Source: an uncultured Nitrososphaeraceae archaeon (GTDB lineage Archaea; Thermoproteota; Nitrososphaeria; Nitrososphaerales; Nitrososphaeraceae). Taken from it: a DNA stretch of 64,000 bases. This document shows positions 1 to 12,978 of the stretch, one piece after another. The notes beneath the pieces are model-generated. The model did no database searches. It saw only the letters and a program-made list of their open reading frames with translations, and had not been told where the DNA came from. The first letter of the stretch is position 1. Every line of letters starts with the position of its first letter. Location: assembly GCA_963825865.1 (NCBI GenBank), contig CAWGVG010000046.1, forward strand, positions 1 to 64,000, written 5' to 3'. Position numbers and translations under genes: made by a program.

Positions 1-761
1 GGAAACGGAAGAGGGTTCTCTTTATGCCGTAAAAAGCGGAATTGCAATAGCTATTAGCGGTCAGGCGCTAATGCATTTCAAAATTTAACCTGTGTTGTTT
101 TACTTGAGCAATGAAACTATTAGAAGTTCTGAACTTGAACATAGACTAGCAAAGCTTGTCTTGTTAGACAGTGATTTGGCAAAACTATTGATCAGAGTCA
201 GAGTTGAGAGAGCAATTCAGATGGAACTTTCAAAGCAATTTAAGAAATCTATAATCCTAGTCGATGGGTCTTTGAAGTCATCTGTGTTTGAGGACAAAAA
301 TCAGGGTATTAAAAATGTGTTAGAGAATTGTTCTCTTTACGAAAAACTCTATCATTGGAATCAGCAAGAATACTAGACTCAAAATTCTTGACAGAGTTTC
401 AAATCCCCTTACAAAGGTCCGTGGACCTGCATATATGGATGTTGAGTTGATTATCAAAAGCCTGATTCGAAACAGTATAGGCAACAACCTTCTTGTAAAG
501 TTTGGAAATAATAATAGTCATATATTGCGTGTAGATGTTGTTACTGTTAATGGTGATAAAGATGAGTCACTTGGAAAATTACTTGGAAATGACTCAATAG
601 CAGCAGGATATCCAGAAAACATGCGACTTGCGCATCACATTTCGACTTTTACTCACACTGAGGTATCCTGCCTTAGAGGATATGTATTAAGCAACTATAA
701 TGTGACAGAGATTGCATCTGAAGATATTCGTAGAACTTTACTTGGTTCAATCACGGTATGA
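1..761 (+). CDS. nurA: NurA-family DNA double-strand break repair nuclease (5' partial, frameshifted near 350-430)
   Basis: ORFs 92..376 and 435..761 carry ILVDGSL and GYPENMRLAH motifs typical of NurA; overlaps the start of a HerA-like gene. Confidence 0.8.
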
Positions 762-2216
762 AGATCTTATCAAAAAATGGTAATGAAATTGTCATGTTGG
801 CAATGATAACAGATACAGCTGGTAAGGGTGATTATTTGTTAATTGAAGATGAAAAATCAAATAGAAAGATGATTGTTCAGGTATATGATGAAGAATATCC
901 TTCTTCCCAATCTTTGATTGAAGATATTGTAAAAGATTAAGGCGGTAACCGCATCAAGTACAAGAGAATCTACAAGATCCTCTAGACATTGGAAGTTTAT
1001 CAAGGATGCTCAGAGATGCGAGACTGTTTCGAACTAAAATAAATACAGCCATAGATTTGTCAGTAAATTATCAAGCGATGTTACATGGCTTCCATCTCGA
1101 GTATATTCTAAAGTAAGGCGTTTGAAGATTTCGGAATTAGGTTTGTTTCTAGGAAGGAGGGGGGTTTTTCCTATTCCTATTGGAAAGGCCGGAGGAGATA
1201 ATGAAGATTTTGAAATCTATGCTGAGGACCTCGATGGCAAGTTAAATATTATTACTGGAAAAAAAGAATCTGGTAAGTCACACCTTTCCAAGGTGCTTGT
1301 TAAAACGTTAGTACAACATGGAGCATTCGTCGTTGTATTTGATCTGAATAATGAATATGGGGGACTGGCATGGAACCAGGATGGCTCTCCGTCTTCAATA
1401 GCCGATCAGATAATGGTACTTGAACCAGGAAATGGATTGAAATTCTCCCTTGATTACTGTGGCAAGGCTGCTATCTCTAGCATGCTCAAAAATGCACTTG
1501 ATATGCCAGCAGCTTCATTACGTGAATTCTTCAGAATCTGGGACTCACTTGAAATTAAACAAATACTGGGTATTGGAGCTCTGGGTAACGCGATAAATAC
1601 TTGCAATATTAATGAGCTTGTACGGGATGCACTTATTTCTAGATTCCATGTAATCCAGTCGTCTAGATTATTTTTAGACAGGAGTAATGATGATGAGGAA
1701 TTAAGGTTTGAAAAAGTGATTTCAAAAAAGTGCAAAGGCACTGCAATGGTAATTAATATGGGTAAAGTAACGCCGGTCGTAAGAAAAATGATTGTAGAGT
1801 TGGTGTTGAGTAAACTAGTGGATTTGCTCGAGAAGTTCATGATTCCTCCGATCTTCTTATTTGCAGAGGAAGCCCACCTCTATATTCGAGACACATACTG
1901 GGAAGATATTATCACACGAATGAGACATTTCGGAATCTATACAACATTTATCACAAACCAGCCAGATGCTATAGGCGATGGAATTTACCGGCAAGTAGAC
2001 AATATATTCTTGTTCAATTTTATTAATGAGGCAGACTTGGATAAAATATCAAAAGTATCATTAGCAGATAATGATACTATCCGTTCAATAGTTAGAACGT
2101 TGCCCCAGCGTCATTGCTTATCTATTGGGAAGGTGGTATGTGATTTACCTATAGTTGCGAAGATCGCAGCAACAGAAGTGCTGACTCTTGGAGAGACGAA
2201 AAAATTCTTTAGATAA
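758..2216 (+). CDS. herA: HerA/DUF87-family helicase-ATPase (N-terminal part interrupted at ~940-1120)
   Basis: Walker A GKKESGKS, FDLNNEY, Walker B FAEEAH, RMRHFG, TNQP; N-terminal HAS-barrel-like part in ORF 758..940. Confidence 0.85.
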
Positions 2217-2253
2217 TAATGGATGTATAAGTCTTATCGTTATTTTTAATTTT

Positions 2254-2601
2254 TTAAACGATAGCTACTTCTCCTCGTTTCTTTGTGCCTATATCCACTG
2301 CTTCTATGATTGGAGAGACGAAAATCTTGCCATCTCCTGCTGAGCCAGTGCTTACTGTGTCCACTATCGTCTTGATGACCTTATCTACTTCAGAGTCTTC
2401 CACTATTAGGAGAATATTGGCTCTGACTGAAAATTCAGAGGTAAATCTTCCGGTTCCTCTGTCGGTTTCAACGATCGGTTTTTCTCCTTTGCCCCTACCT
2501 TTTGCATCAAGAATAGTACATCCACCCACTCCTGCCTTCTTCAATGCTTCATTTGCAGCCAATACCTTCTCGCTACCGATAATAGCTTCTACACGTTTCA
2601 T
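2254..2601 (-). CDS. glnB: P-II nitrogen regulatory protein (GlnB/GlnK family)
   Basis: MKRVEAII, GRGKG T-loop entry, TGSAGDGKIFVSPI signature. Confidence 0.93.
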   Translation of the reverse strand: MKRVEAIIGSEKVLAANEALKKAGVGGCTILDAKGRGKGEKPIVETDRGTGRFTSEFSVRANILLIVEDSEVDKVIKTIVDTVSTGSAGDGKIFVSPIIEAVDIGTKKRGEVAIV

Positions 2602-3280
2602 GTTTTGCTATAAAAGGATCTTACAATATAAGGTTTTCAAATAATACTTGCAAATGGAGCTGATGAACATATATGGGCATATCTTCTATATTTCTTTGCT
2701 TCAATTTTTATTAGCTTTCTATGTAGCCAATAGATTCACGTTTGTCACCTGGTTGTTGCAATGTTATTGTGTCGCGTGAACTACTGCCAAAAAAATTCCA
2801 TTTGGCAAGATACTTGTTTATATGGGTAAAAAATGAAGCAAAATCCAGTAATCTAAAGATGGGACTAGACTGTAAATAGTCATAAGTGTATAGATCATCG
2901 AACCGCCGGGCTGAGACCTGTTATTGATGTAATTACTCATCCTTACTATTATATTATCTATTAACATACACGGATAGTAATAGCATGGTTATTAACCTAT
3001 AGTTAGTTAGGATCATTTACGTGGTGAAATCTTTTATATTTGACTTTTAATGTAAATATATGCGTCGCAACAGGTTTGACATGTCATACTTTCAGTCGCT
3101 TTACCTTTAGTTGTTGGCCGATTTATTTTTTAGCAGTTGCAACAAGTTTATATTCTATGTATTTTTACATGTTATTGCGAACCAACAAACATTATTATCA
3201 ATATACGACAAAACGAGTCGATAGATATATAAAAGATAAAGTAAAGGGTTTTTGCTCTGCGCGATAATAAAATAATAAAG

Positions 3281-3664
3281 ATGGACAAGAAAATAGTCGT
3301 TTTAGTTGCAATTGGTATAGCTATGACCGTCTTAGTATACTTAGGATTACAAAATTCTTTAAAAATACCGGCTTTATTTTCTGCACCATTATCATCTGAA
3401 GCAGCAGTTGCGATTGTTGCGCAAAAACAGAACCTCACCAGATATAATATAAACGATTTCTCAATAAGATACGTCTACATTAAGGGTGATGGATCCTTGT
3501 TTGAGTCTAATATAAATTCTAATTCGATTGGGAAATATCTTGGTAAAACGGAGACAACAATAACAACAGCAAATTATTTTTCATGGGAAGTTAAAAAAAA
3601 TAATTATACTTACTATATAGATAGCGCAACAGGTGAAATTGTCACCAAGTCGATGAACAATTAA
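3281..3664 (+). CDS. membrane-anchored protein with PepSY-like C-terminus
   Basis: N-terminal hydrophobic helix; WEV...YYIDSATGEIV resembles the PepSY motif. Confidence 0.55.
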   Translation: MDKKIVVLVAIGIAMTVLVYLGLQNSLKIPALFSAPLSSEAAVAIVAQKQNLTRYNINDFSIRYVYIKGDGSLFESNINSNSIGKYLGKTETTITTANYFSWEVKKNNYTYYIDSATGEIVTKSMNN

Positions 3665-4349
3665 ATCTCTTAATTAGGATCCTTCCACAATTTTAAACAT
3701 GGTAATTTGTTCGTTCGTTAATTGATAATGAAATTCCTAGCTGGATAATATGGCATTGATTTGTCCACGTCTTCTCGGTAGGAAAATGATTTTGGGGCTG
3801 TAACCTTGTAAATAATTCTATAATACTGTGCTAATGATGGAATAAAGTGAGTATTGTGTCATTATCATACTAAAGAGTACTATATACTATACATACAAAT
3901 GTGCGATAAATCAAAATAAGCAAGAAAGAAATTACTTTCATTTACAAGTCTTGGACATCTTTCAAATCCTTTTGTAATATGCTTTTGAATATTATAATAT
4001 TCGATATTATGTATATGTGTAAACAAAATGACACTAAAAGTAAATATTCTATACTAGTTATCCCAGGATATCATCCATAATACTGTCGACTATGGAATTG
4101 ATTTAGATATTGCTTGAGTCAGTCTATCAGCCATTCATTATTCATCTATTGTCCTCATATATGTCTGTAAATCGAAGCAAGCTGTATCACTATCATATAC
4201 AAAATCTCTATTTCGCTAGTGAAAATTTATTATATATTTTAAGAACATTGATAAGTAAGTAAAATCATTTAGAAGTAAGTATTATATTGACATAATATTC
4301 TCTTATAGAAAGTATTATTAAGCAATTATTTATATATCAAGAACCGTAA

Positions 4350-5883
4350 ATGTCTGACAACAGACGTTCATCAAACAAGCAAGCAGCAGAAATATTATCA
4401 TCATCTACTACTAGCACTTTAGAATTAGATAGGAAGATTACTTTAGTAACTGAAGGTTTTATGACCTCCAGCAAGTTATCCGAATTAATCCTGAGAGACA
4501 GGAACAGGTTATCTAAAGAAAATGCCCTGACAGTTTCCAATTATATATTAGCAATGAAAAGAGAGATCAATCCTAGACTTAGTTACATAAGATGCACTAT
4601 ACAATTCCTATCAGAACTTTCAAGATCTGCTGGAATAGCAAAGAGGTTCAATAGTATGACAAGAGACGATGTTTTGTCATATTTGGATAGTAATCGTAAA
4701 CTTGAAAGCGATGATCCATTACACAAATGGATAGGAAGTTATAATACAAAACGGATTGCACTCATTAGATTTTTCAAATGGTTGTATTACGCAGATATAG
4801 ATAGTCCTAAAAGAAGAAATGAGTTATCTTCAACAGAGAGAAAACCTGAATGCATTCAGGGCATTCCTCAACTTAAGAGAAAAGAAGTTAGTTGTTACAA
4901 GCCATCTGATATGTGGACACAGGAAGACGATCTTCTTTTCCTAAAGTGGGTTACAAACAAACGTGATAGGTGTTATCATACGATGGCACGTGATTTGTCT
5001 GCACGACCACATGAAATATTGAACCTGAGGATAAAAGATGTTATATTCAAAAGTGCAAATGGTTACCAGTATGCAGAAGTTCTGGTTAATGGAAAAACAG
5101 GTAGTAGACATATCCCATTGATCCAATCCATACCCTATATCAAAGACTGGCTAGCCAATCACCCAAGTAGGAATAATCCAAAATCTCCGCTTTTTGTAGG
5201 TTTAGGTAAGCATAGTATGGGTAGAAAACAACTTACTCTTAGTGGCCTATACCAGATATACCAGGATTACAAGGCAGAATTCTTCTCTAGGTTATTAGCA
5301 GATCCCATAGTATCAAACGAAGACAAGGGGAATATTAAAGCGCTACTTGCAAAACCATTCAACCCATACATAAGACGCCACAGTGCATTAACCGAGAAAA
5401 GTGTCAAGCTAAAATCCAACACATTGAACCAGCATGCAGGCTGGTCCATGAATAGCAACATGGCACAGAAGTATATACACTATTTTGGAAATGAGTCTTC
5501 TGAATCATTACTTGAGGCATATGGCATAGTTACAAAGAATAATGTTCCAATAGACACATTGAACCCCAAGATATGTCCCAACTGCAATGAAGGTAATACT
5601 GTAGACGCCAAGTTCTGGCAGCAAGTGCAAAATGATAATGAGCTATGAAGGATATCAAGAAGCACTAGAGTCACAGAAGCAGAAAGAAGACAAACTAACC
5701 GTTATGGAAAAGCAATTCAACAACATGCAGTCAATGCTGGAGAAGTTAATTGCGGGCCTTTCAAAGACTTCTGATCAGCAGCAGCTTAACGCCATGACGC
5801 AATCATTGCTATCTTCAGGAGTGCTGAAGGTAGTAGCACCAGCATCCTCTTTCATCTTCATCATCATCTTAGCCGCCAGCTAG
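4350..5883 (+). CDS. tyrosine recombinase/integrase with C-terminal Zn ribbon and coiled coil (frameshift near 5620)
   Basis: catalytic motifs SARPHE (R), GKTG (K), PYIRRHS (R), HAGW, KYIH (Y); CPNC followed by CSKC in the shifted frame; continues in ORF 5632..5883. Confidence 0.9.
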
Positions 5884-6011
5884 TAATGCAACAACAGCAA
5901 CGATAACAGAAAAGTAGGAGTACCGGTAGCACTAGTGTGGTGGTAGCAGCCGTAACGGTAGTAGTAGTCTTCAAGCGACATTTTCTCCTTGTGTAAATAT
6001 TTTCTCAATAT

Positions 6012-7308
6012 TCACCTTCTTATCTTGTCCCATACTGAAGGCAAGAATTGTGGATGCGCTATCTCATTCATTAATGGGCCTGTAATAACCTTGTAGTTTT
6101 CATGCATGCTGTTGTACTTTTCTTCAGGAGTTTTATAAAAATTGTCTGTAAGTGTCTTGATACGGTTGATTGTTTCATCACAAGCAATATAGTCAAGAAT
6201 TTCACAGGCAGCCTTATATTCTTCAGATGTGAAGTTATCCGTTTCAACTGCGGCTTTATAAGCAGCTTCAGCATCGGCTTTAGCTTTCTCCCTTTGCTTG
6301 GTTGCGTTTTTCAACCTGCTACGCTTTTGGTTAATTTTTGTAAAGAAACTGGAAGTAACGGTGTTTACCATGGAGAAATTGGTACCATTCTACTTCTTCG
6401 CGTTTTGGCCTTCGTTTGTATTTCCATACATGCTCCATAAGCATTTCAGTTTGGCCAAGTAAACATATGCAATCAAGCAAAAATTCATGTAGTTGCCTGT
6501 CTATAATGCCATACCGTGTTTCACCTTCAACTGGCCACGATAATTCTTTTTGAAGAAACCGTTCTCTTTCTCTTTTAATCCTAATCAATTCCGACTCGCC
6601 AATTGGTTTGATTAAGGGAGGCTGGTACTCACTTAGCTTATCAAAATACCACTTCACTTCTGAAGTGTCTTTGAATTTGACATAACGGAATCTCCAGCCA
6701 TTTGCGCTATCTCTATATTCATGGAAAAAATCACTTATCGAAATACCTGGCAGTGTATCGGACATTCTATGAGGCTTATTTCCAATCTCAAAAACTCCCG
6801 CCTCGACTTTTGAATAATCACTAACAGGTTCTGGCACTGAAAAGCCAATGGCTACAAGTGACATTAAGAGAAGGTATACTTTTTTGTTTCTCTGTTCCTT
6901 TGTCTCTCGTAACAAGATGTTGTTGTTTTTTTGCTGCCTGCTGCTGATATGCCTGGCGTTTTCTTCTCTTTTTGTTCGAACTTTTACAGGCAACTCTAAC
7001 TCCAGAGCTAACTTTGCATTTTTACTTAACCGATAAAACCTTGGATTGCCGGCCTTAGTAAATGGGTCTCTCTCTATTATTTTCTGTTTTTCTAATGCTT
7101 CTAAGTGGAGACTGAGAATCCGGTGAGTTATAGCACGATGTAACTCCTCTACTGTCTTTAAAATTCCGTCAAAGTGAAGTTCTTCTCTTTTCTTTTTAGT
7201 CTTATTATCCTCTAGAGCATATTTTTGTATTATTTTCTTGTCATTTAGGGCCTGGATTATCGCTTCGTCAATTTTGTGGTCATATTGCATTATTGATACC
7301 AGTATCAA
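6012..7308 (-). CDS. hypothetical protein with N-terminal winged helix-turn-helix (frameshift near 6350)
   Basis: ILSLHLEALEKQKIIER...RFYRLS wHTH pattern; ORFs 6331..7308 and 6012..6371 overlap out of frame. Confidence 0.6.
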
Positions 7309-7344
7309 AATGGTATTTCTTTATAAACTTACAGAAAGAAAGAC

Positions 7345-7737
7345 GTGATGAAAAGTCAGTTATCCAACAAAGAAGGATCAAAAATTCAACAACAGCAGCA
7401 AACCATTTCTTTTTTGGTTTGTCAGCGCTGTAGCCATTCGTGGGGCTATCGTGGGAGCAATCCGTACATTGCTATATGCCCGCATTGTAAAACGACAGTG
7501 CAAATAAGAAAACAACAGCGAGCCACAAGTCCCAAAAAGTTGATGACTCGAGGGCTGTTGTTACGCTTCAGCCTAAGCGACATAAAAAAATTGAAAACAG
7601 TAGTAGTGAGCGAAAATGAAAATAACAGTAGCAGCGGAAACAGAAACCAAAGAGCAAGAGAAATACCAACAACACATCATAGGTACCAAATGTCCAGCAG
7701 AACCATGCGCTATATTCTATACGGATACGCTACTTAG
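7345..7737 (+). CDS. small Zn-ribbon protein
   Basis: CQRCSHSW...CPHCK motif; divergent from the wHTH gene; the C-terminus may be read-through. Confidence 0.55.
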   Translation: MMKSQLSNKEGSKIQQQQQTISFLVCQRCSHSWGYRGSNPYIAICPHCKTTVQIRKQQRATSPKKLMTRGLLLRFSLSDIKKLKTVVVSENENNSSSGNRNQRAREIPTTHHRYQMSSRTMRYILYGYAT

Positions 7738-7924
7738 TTCAATTCTGATAGAATGCCGAGACGCTAAACACGCTACTCAAAACGAAAATCAAGGAGAAGC
7801 TGGAAGAGGAGGGAAAGCCACCACAGCAACCCACAATCTCACCAGGCACAGACAGGACACGACAGGAGCCACCAAGAACAACAACGCAGGAGCGCTGAGT
7901 ATTCTAAATGATGACTACCGTTAG
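7616..7924 (+). CDS. hypothetical protein of the mobile element
   Basis: ORF between the Zn-ribbon and primase genes with CPAEPC...IECRDAKH. Confidence 0.4.
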   Translation: MKITVAAETETKEQEKYQQHIIGTKCPAEPCAIFYTDTLLSSILIECRDAKHATQNENQGEAGRGGKATTATHNLTRHRQDTTGATKNNNAGALSILNDDYR

Positions 7925-8186
7925 TGTGATTAGTAACAGCCCCTATAAAAAATTTTGTAGTTCTACTACTGTTGCAACTAGAGACAGACTCTGTAATCGT
8001 TGTGGGCAGCCAATTACCCTGAAACGATTTGAGGTTTTTAAAATCATCCACCCACGTGATATGCTTCTCTCGCGCAAGGTAGTTGAGAAAAGTTGGTATT
8101 GTGCATTCAACTACAAATCTGACCAGCATCACACACACGAGAACGACAACAAATACGGCGACTTGTCGCCGGGGCTGGCTGCGTAA
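7908..8186 (+). CDS. small putative Zn-binding protein
   Basis: CNRCG motif; ends 3 bp before the primase start. Confidence 0.4.
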   Translation: MMTTVSVISNSPYKKFCSSTTVATRDRLCNRCGQPITLKRFEVFKIIHPRDMLLSRKVVEKSWYCAFNYKSDQHHTHENDNKYGDLSPGLAA

Positions 8187-8189
8187 AAT

Positions 8190-10613
8190 ATGTCATCATC
8201 ATCAACAACGCCAGCAATAAACGAATTTGCAGACTTTTGGCGCTATGATATTGGAGTAAATGTAATCCCTGCAGATACCAAAAATAAAGCCGTATACATA
8301 AAATGGTCAGAGTGGCAGGACAACCCCATTCCTGAAGAACTACATAATCCATGGAAATCGGAAAACAAATTCTCAGACGGTATGGCAGTCATTTTAGGTA
8401 AAGTATGGCATAACAAAGAAAAACAAGGTTTGTATCTCAACGGTGTTGACTTAGACAACCTGAAGGCAATTGAAGAGATCTGCACGTACAAAGGTAAGGC
8501 CATTTCGATTAAAGAACTAGCGCAATCGACCTTAGTTGAACAGCACCAAGATGACACCAATAGAACACACATCTATATCTATTCACATGAGCCATTTGCA
8601 AAAAAGAGCAGCGACAAAACCACAATAGAATCTATCAAAAAAATAGAAAGTAGCGAGATCCCAGCAATAGAAGTTAAAGGAGAAGGTAGACATGGAACAT
8701 TGTTTTGCTCACCTTCCATACATGAAAGCGGGTATAGTTACCAAATAATAGGAACACGAGAACCAGTAATTGCAGATGATTTTGAACAACATATAGACAA
8801 TATTTGTAGAAAACACGGAATCAGCTATCTTGATGGCAACGGCAACGGCAAATCATTGTCATCACCACTTCTACCAATTGAGGATTTATTCAAACCAGAC
8901 CACAAAGTCTACGAAGGTCACAATCGTCATGAGAAATTACTTCGAGCTATGGAGTCGCTTATTGCTCGTAACAGAAGCATTCTGTCAATATGCAAAATAC
9001 AGGAACTCGCTAGAGTGGAATAATGCACATCGCGAACCACCATTAGACGATCACGAGTTTGACAGGCAATGGAATGACGCAAATAGGTTCATTGATAGAA
9101 GGAACAGACAAGAGCAAGAAGGGAAACAACGACAAGGCCCAACAGAGGGTAAAGTAGAAGAGCAGGAAGAAGAACGTTTAGCAGCACAAAATAAACTCAC
9201 AGCCAAAGATATTGAGTTTGTAATTAACACTATCAAAAAAGAAGCACAATACGATGAGCTGTCTATAAGGCAGTTGTTTTATGGTATGGGGAGCGCATTT
9301 ACTAAAGACGCCATATCTCACATAGTCAACTCTAAAGAATCGGGTGCTGGCAAGTCCTATTTGCTCAATCTTGTCTCAAGCTACTTTCCAAACAAGTACG
9401 TAATTGTATTATCCGGCATGTCGGCCAAGGCCCTATTTCATAGAAGGGGCATATTGGTGATACAGAATAAGGAAACGGGAGAACTTGAGCCAATAGCTCC
9501 TATGATAGAGCCCCTTGAAGCTGAAAAAGACGACATTGAGAACAAACTGATAGATGAGTCAGGTAAAGAAGCAAAGGAGCGAAATAAGAAGCAAATCAAG
9601 GATTGGAAAGAGAGAATCAGAGAGCTCGAGTTAGAAGTCAAAGATATTGAGAGCCGTGCAGAGAAACTAATTCAACTAGACAACCAGATAATCATTTGCC
9701 TAGATACTCCTGAACCTTCAGTATATGATGCGCTGATGAGTATCATATCCCAGGACACAGAAAGAGATCAGCAATACTCATTTGTCTATAAATCAGGTGT
9801 CTCAGGCAAGCCAGGAACAAAAGATAACATACTGAGAGGAACACCCGTGCTTTTTACCAGCCAAGTAATAGATGATACAAAGACGTTGCGCTTTGCTGAG
9901 AAGAATCGAAGGTTCATAAACATTAACCCAGATACAAGCAGCGAAAAAATCCGTGCCGCAAATAACATTATTGGATTAAAACATGGATTTCTGCCAGAAG
10001 AGTATGATGATTTAGTGGTAAGTAGGTCTGACAAGGAGAGCCAGGCGCATAGTTAAGATTATGATAGCCAAGCTAAAGCGAGCATACCAAACAGTTAGGG
10101 CCAACGGAAGACGGTGTTAAAATTCCATTTGCGCTATCGATAACAAGTTCAATCCCAGATGGCCATGTTTGGAGTATGACTGTAACAGATAGAACGATAA
10201 AGTATCTAGCTATAGTCACAAAAATTAACATGGATTCTAGGCCTAAACTGGTAAATGAACAAACAGACCAGTTTTACCCAATTTCTATATTTGAAGACTT
10301 GAAAGAGACATTGAAGTTAATGCAGGTAGGCGCTAGCGGGGCGCGGCCTTACATAGTGAACTGGTACAACAAAGTATTTGTTGATGCGATCAAAGACCTA
10401 GATGGAAGGCCAAACCAACAAGTAACAGCAGATGGAAAAACAATAGATGGAACGCCAAATGTAATTGCTAGTGAGAAGCACGTTGGAGTAAATACAGAAC
10501 AGCTAGCAGCAAAGACCAAAGAAGTATTCAAATGCACAAAGCCTTATAGCAAAATATTCCATTTTTCTGATTTACGATCTAATATAGAGCAAGCATTGAT
10601 GGACAGTAGATGA
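8190..10613 (+). CDS. bifunctional primase-polymerase fused to PriCT and P-loop ATPase/helicase domains (several frameshifts, C-terminus truncated)
   Basis: GVNVIPAD..K...W.EWQ, VDLDN, THIY, PSIH Prim-Pol motifs; GHNRH...WN..H.EPPLDD PriCT-like; ESGAGKS Walker A; ORFs 8190..9023, 8830..10056, 10176..10613. Confidence 0.8.
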
Positions 10614-10753
10614 AAAACAGGAAAAGTATGATGCATTAGCTACACTATCAGATCAGGTTATGAAACTCATAGCAGAAGTACAAGAATTGAGGAGGCAGAA
10701 ATAGAGGAATAGATATACAATACAAAATATTATTAGTTTTATTGCTTCTGATT

Positions 10754-11810
10754 TTATTGATGTTCTTGTTCGAATCTAACTTTAAATTCTTCTATTTTCT
10801 TAGGTGAGATATACATCACGAGATTGCCGGCTGACTGAATCCAAATTGGTACAAATTCAAGACCATCTGGCTTACCGCACTTTATGCAGTCTATTTTTTG
10901 AAAATACCTTTCTGCGTCCCAACGCGTCGTAAAGATGAAGGGTAATTGAAGAAATTCAAATACATCTAACTGAAATGGATAAAACTCGCAATCTGTACAA
11001 ATAACCTTGAAGTGTAAGCTTGGTGTAGTCCTGGATATTGTCATATCGTATAACTTCCCATTCTTCCTTTGTAAAGTATCCAGTGAATTGGGATTCGATA
11101 TCGAGTTTGAACTGAAAAAGTAATAGTCTTTGCGTTTTCTCATCTAATTCCTTAATAGTTTCAATGAAAACCCTTCCAATTTCATCTTTACCTAGAATAG
11201 CACGGGTTGAAAAAAGTCGCACCAAAAAGATAAAGTTTGCGTCTAAAGGGAATTTTTCTATAAGGATCAGCTTTTCATTGATAAGTCTAGGAAAAATACC
11301 TTTCTCTTTACACTTTGTAAGAAACTTTATAAGAAAACGTGCGACAGAAGATTCTTTAGAGGACAGGTCGAACATAAGCCTACTAAAAACCATCTCTATA
11401 GCTGTTGAACGAGCATCGCCTTTCGCATTTATGGCTTCAATCAGCCAGGCAAAATAGATTCCGTCATCTGTGAAATAGTATGCTGGTGTATCAGTATTAT
11501 TTTTCTTTGCTTTCACAGTTCCATACTTCTCAATTAAATGTAGTTCGACCAGATCATTTATTCTGCTTTGGATATAGTTCCGTTTGGTCTGTAATCTGAA
11601 ACTCTTTGGAATATGTGAGCTAGCATACTCCTCAAGAAATGGCCTATGATTTTCTATTAGCCATTTCCCTATATCTGTAAAGCGAAAGGATGGTGGCGGC
11701 TTTTTTCCTTCCGTTACCCTTACGGACCACAGTAAAATATCCTGGCGCAATTGAATATCCTTGTTACCATCGCCGAGTATGATTGATAGGATACTAACTT
11801 TTTCATGCAT
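10754..11810 (-). CDS. hypothetical protein, wHTH-like N-terminus and C-terminal CxxC Zn ribbon (frameshift near 11000)
   Basis: INDLVELHLIEK...YYFTDDG; overlapping ORF 10754..11143 supplies CTDC and CIKC. Confidence 0.6.
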
Positions 11811-11874
11811 ACTATTTATTACTAATTACTAACTTAACTAAAGGCTTATCATAGTTTTCTACTTCTATATATTA

Positions 11875-12046
11875 ATGGATACACCTCAACGTGTTCAATA
11901 TAGAAGGGTCCAAGGTCTTATCGGAGAGACATCTTTCAGTGTGATTTTGCCAAAGCAGTACCGCGATTAGTTTAGGAATTGGAAAGGGAGATTTTGTCAA
12001 GGTTCGCAAAGAAGAAGAACGGATAATCATCGAAAAAGCATCATAA
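11875..12046 (+). CDS. AbrB/MazE/SpoVT-family DNA-binding protein (one frameshift; absent from the ORF track)
   Basis: manual translation MDTPQRVQYRRVQGLIGETSFSVILPKQY / AISLGIGKGDFVKVRKEEERIIIEKAS*. Confidence 0.8.
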
Positions 12047-12170
12047 GTGATCATAAGGAAATGAGACTAGAAGTATTAGGTTTGGGCGTTAAAAGTTTCG
12101 CAACCGACAACCCAAGTCAAACCAACAGCCAGCAAGATGGTAACAAAAAAAGGAGAATTGGAATAATAAA

Positions 12171-12978
12171 ATGACAAATACAAAAGAACCAACAGATAAA
12201 CAATTCTTAGAATCAAGAAATTGAACGTCTCCTCACTTCAGAAGAATACAACGCTGTTAGAAACATAACAGACGAAGATCAAGAATTGGCAAAGAAAATA
12301 GTAATGACTTTAATAGATATAACTTCACCTGATGACGGTTTAACTTTAAATCAATTAGCACAAAAAATTAACGAATATGATAGTTACAAAATCCAAAGAG
12401 CACTTCAATTACTAAAAAGAGTGACGCTTTTGCATATGCGTAACATGATAAATGATCCGCTTATGATCAGTTCATTAAATATATGCAGTATCTATTCGGA
12501 AAAAGCAAAAGACGATGTATTCCTTAACGTTGCTGGTAATAGAGAATATCTTGAAGGATTTATGCAGTATCTTGGATTCAATATCCCAGATAATGGGAAG
12601 TATGTGTATCTAAAAACACGCAAAGGCGGCGGAACAATACTACTTAAAAAGGATGAATTAAGAAAGTATGGAATTACATTTTACAAAAATAATCCAGAAG
12701 CAGAAAAATACTTTACTGATTATCATCCTGAAGATTCTGTAATGCAAGGTTTGAAAGGTAGGTACACTACAGAACAGGGCCTAGACGAGTTTTACTACCT
12801 AGTTGACGGCGTAACAGACTTGTTACGAACTGCTGGAAAGAAAGGAATGACAAATGTAGAAATGACGCATATACTATTACCTGAGTCAAAAAATGCATCT
12901 GGCCCAGCGTTTGGTTCTTATCTAGACAAGATTGATGACGCGGTATATTTTCTAGAGGAATATGTGTTTAAAGAATGA
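12171..12978 (+). CDS. hypothetical protein (possible N-terminal HTH; frameshift near 12220)
   Basis: 230-aa ORF with GLTLNQLAQKI; upstream ATG at 12171 preceded by AGGAG. Confidence 0.5.

Noticed and set aside
1454-2644. Antisense ORFs 1454..1840 and 2285..2644, and similar shadow ORFs throughout the window
   Set aside because: They lie opposite well-supported genes and carry no motifs
2750-3148. ttgttgcaa ... ttgcaacaa inverted pair resembling IS5/MITE ends
   Set aside because: Only 9 bp match and no target-site duplication
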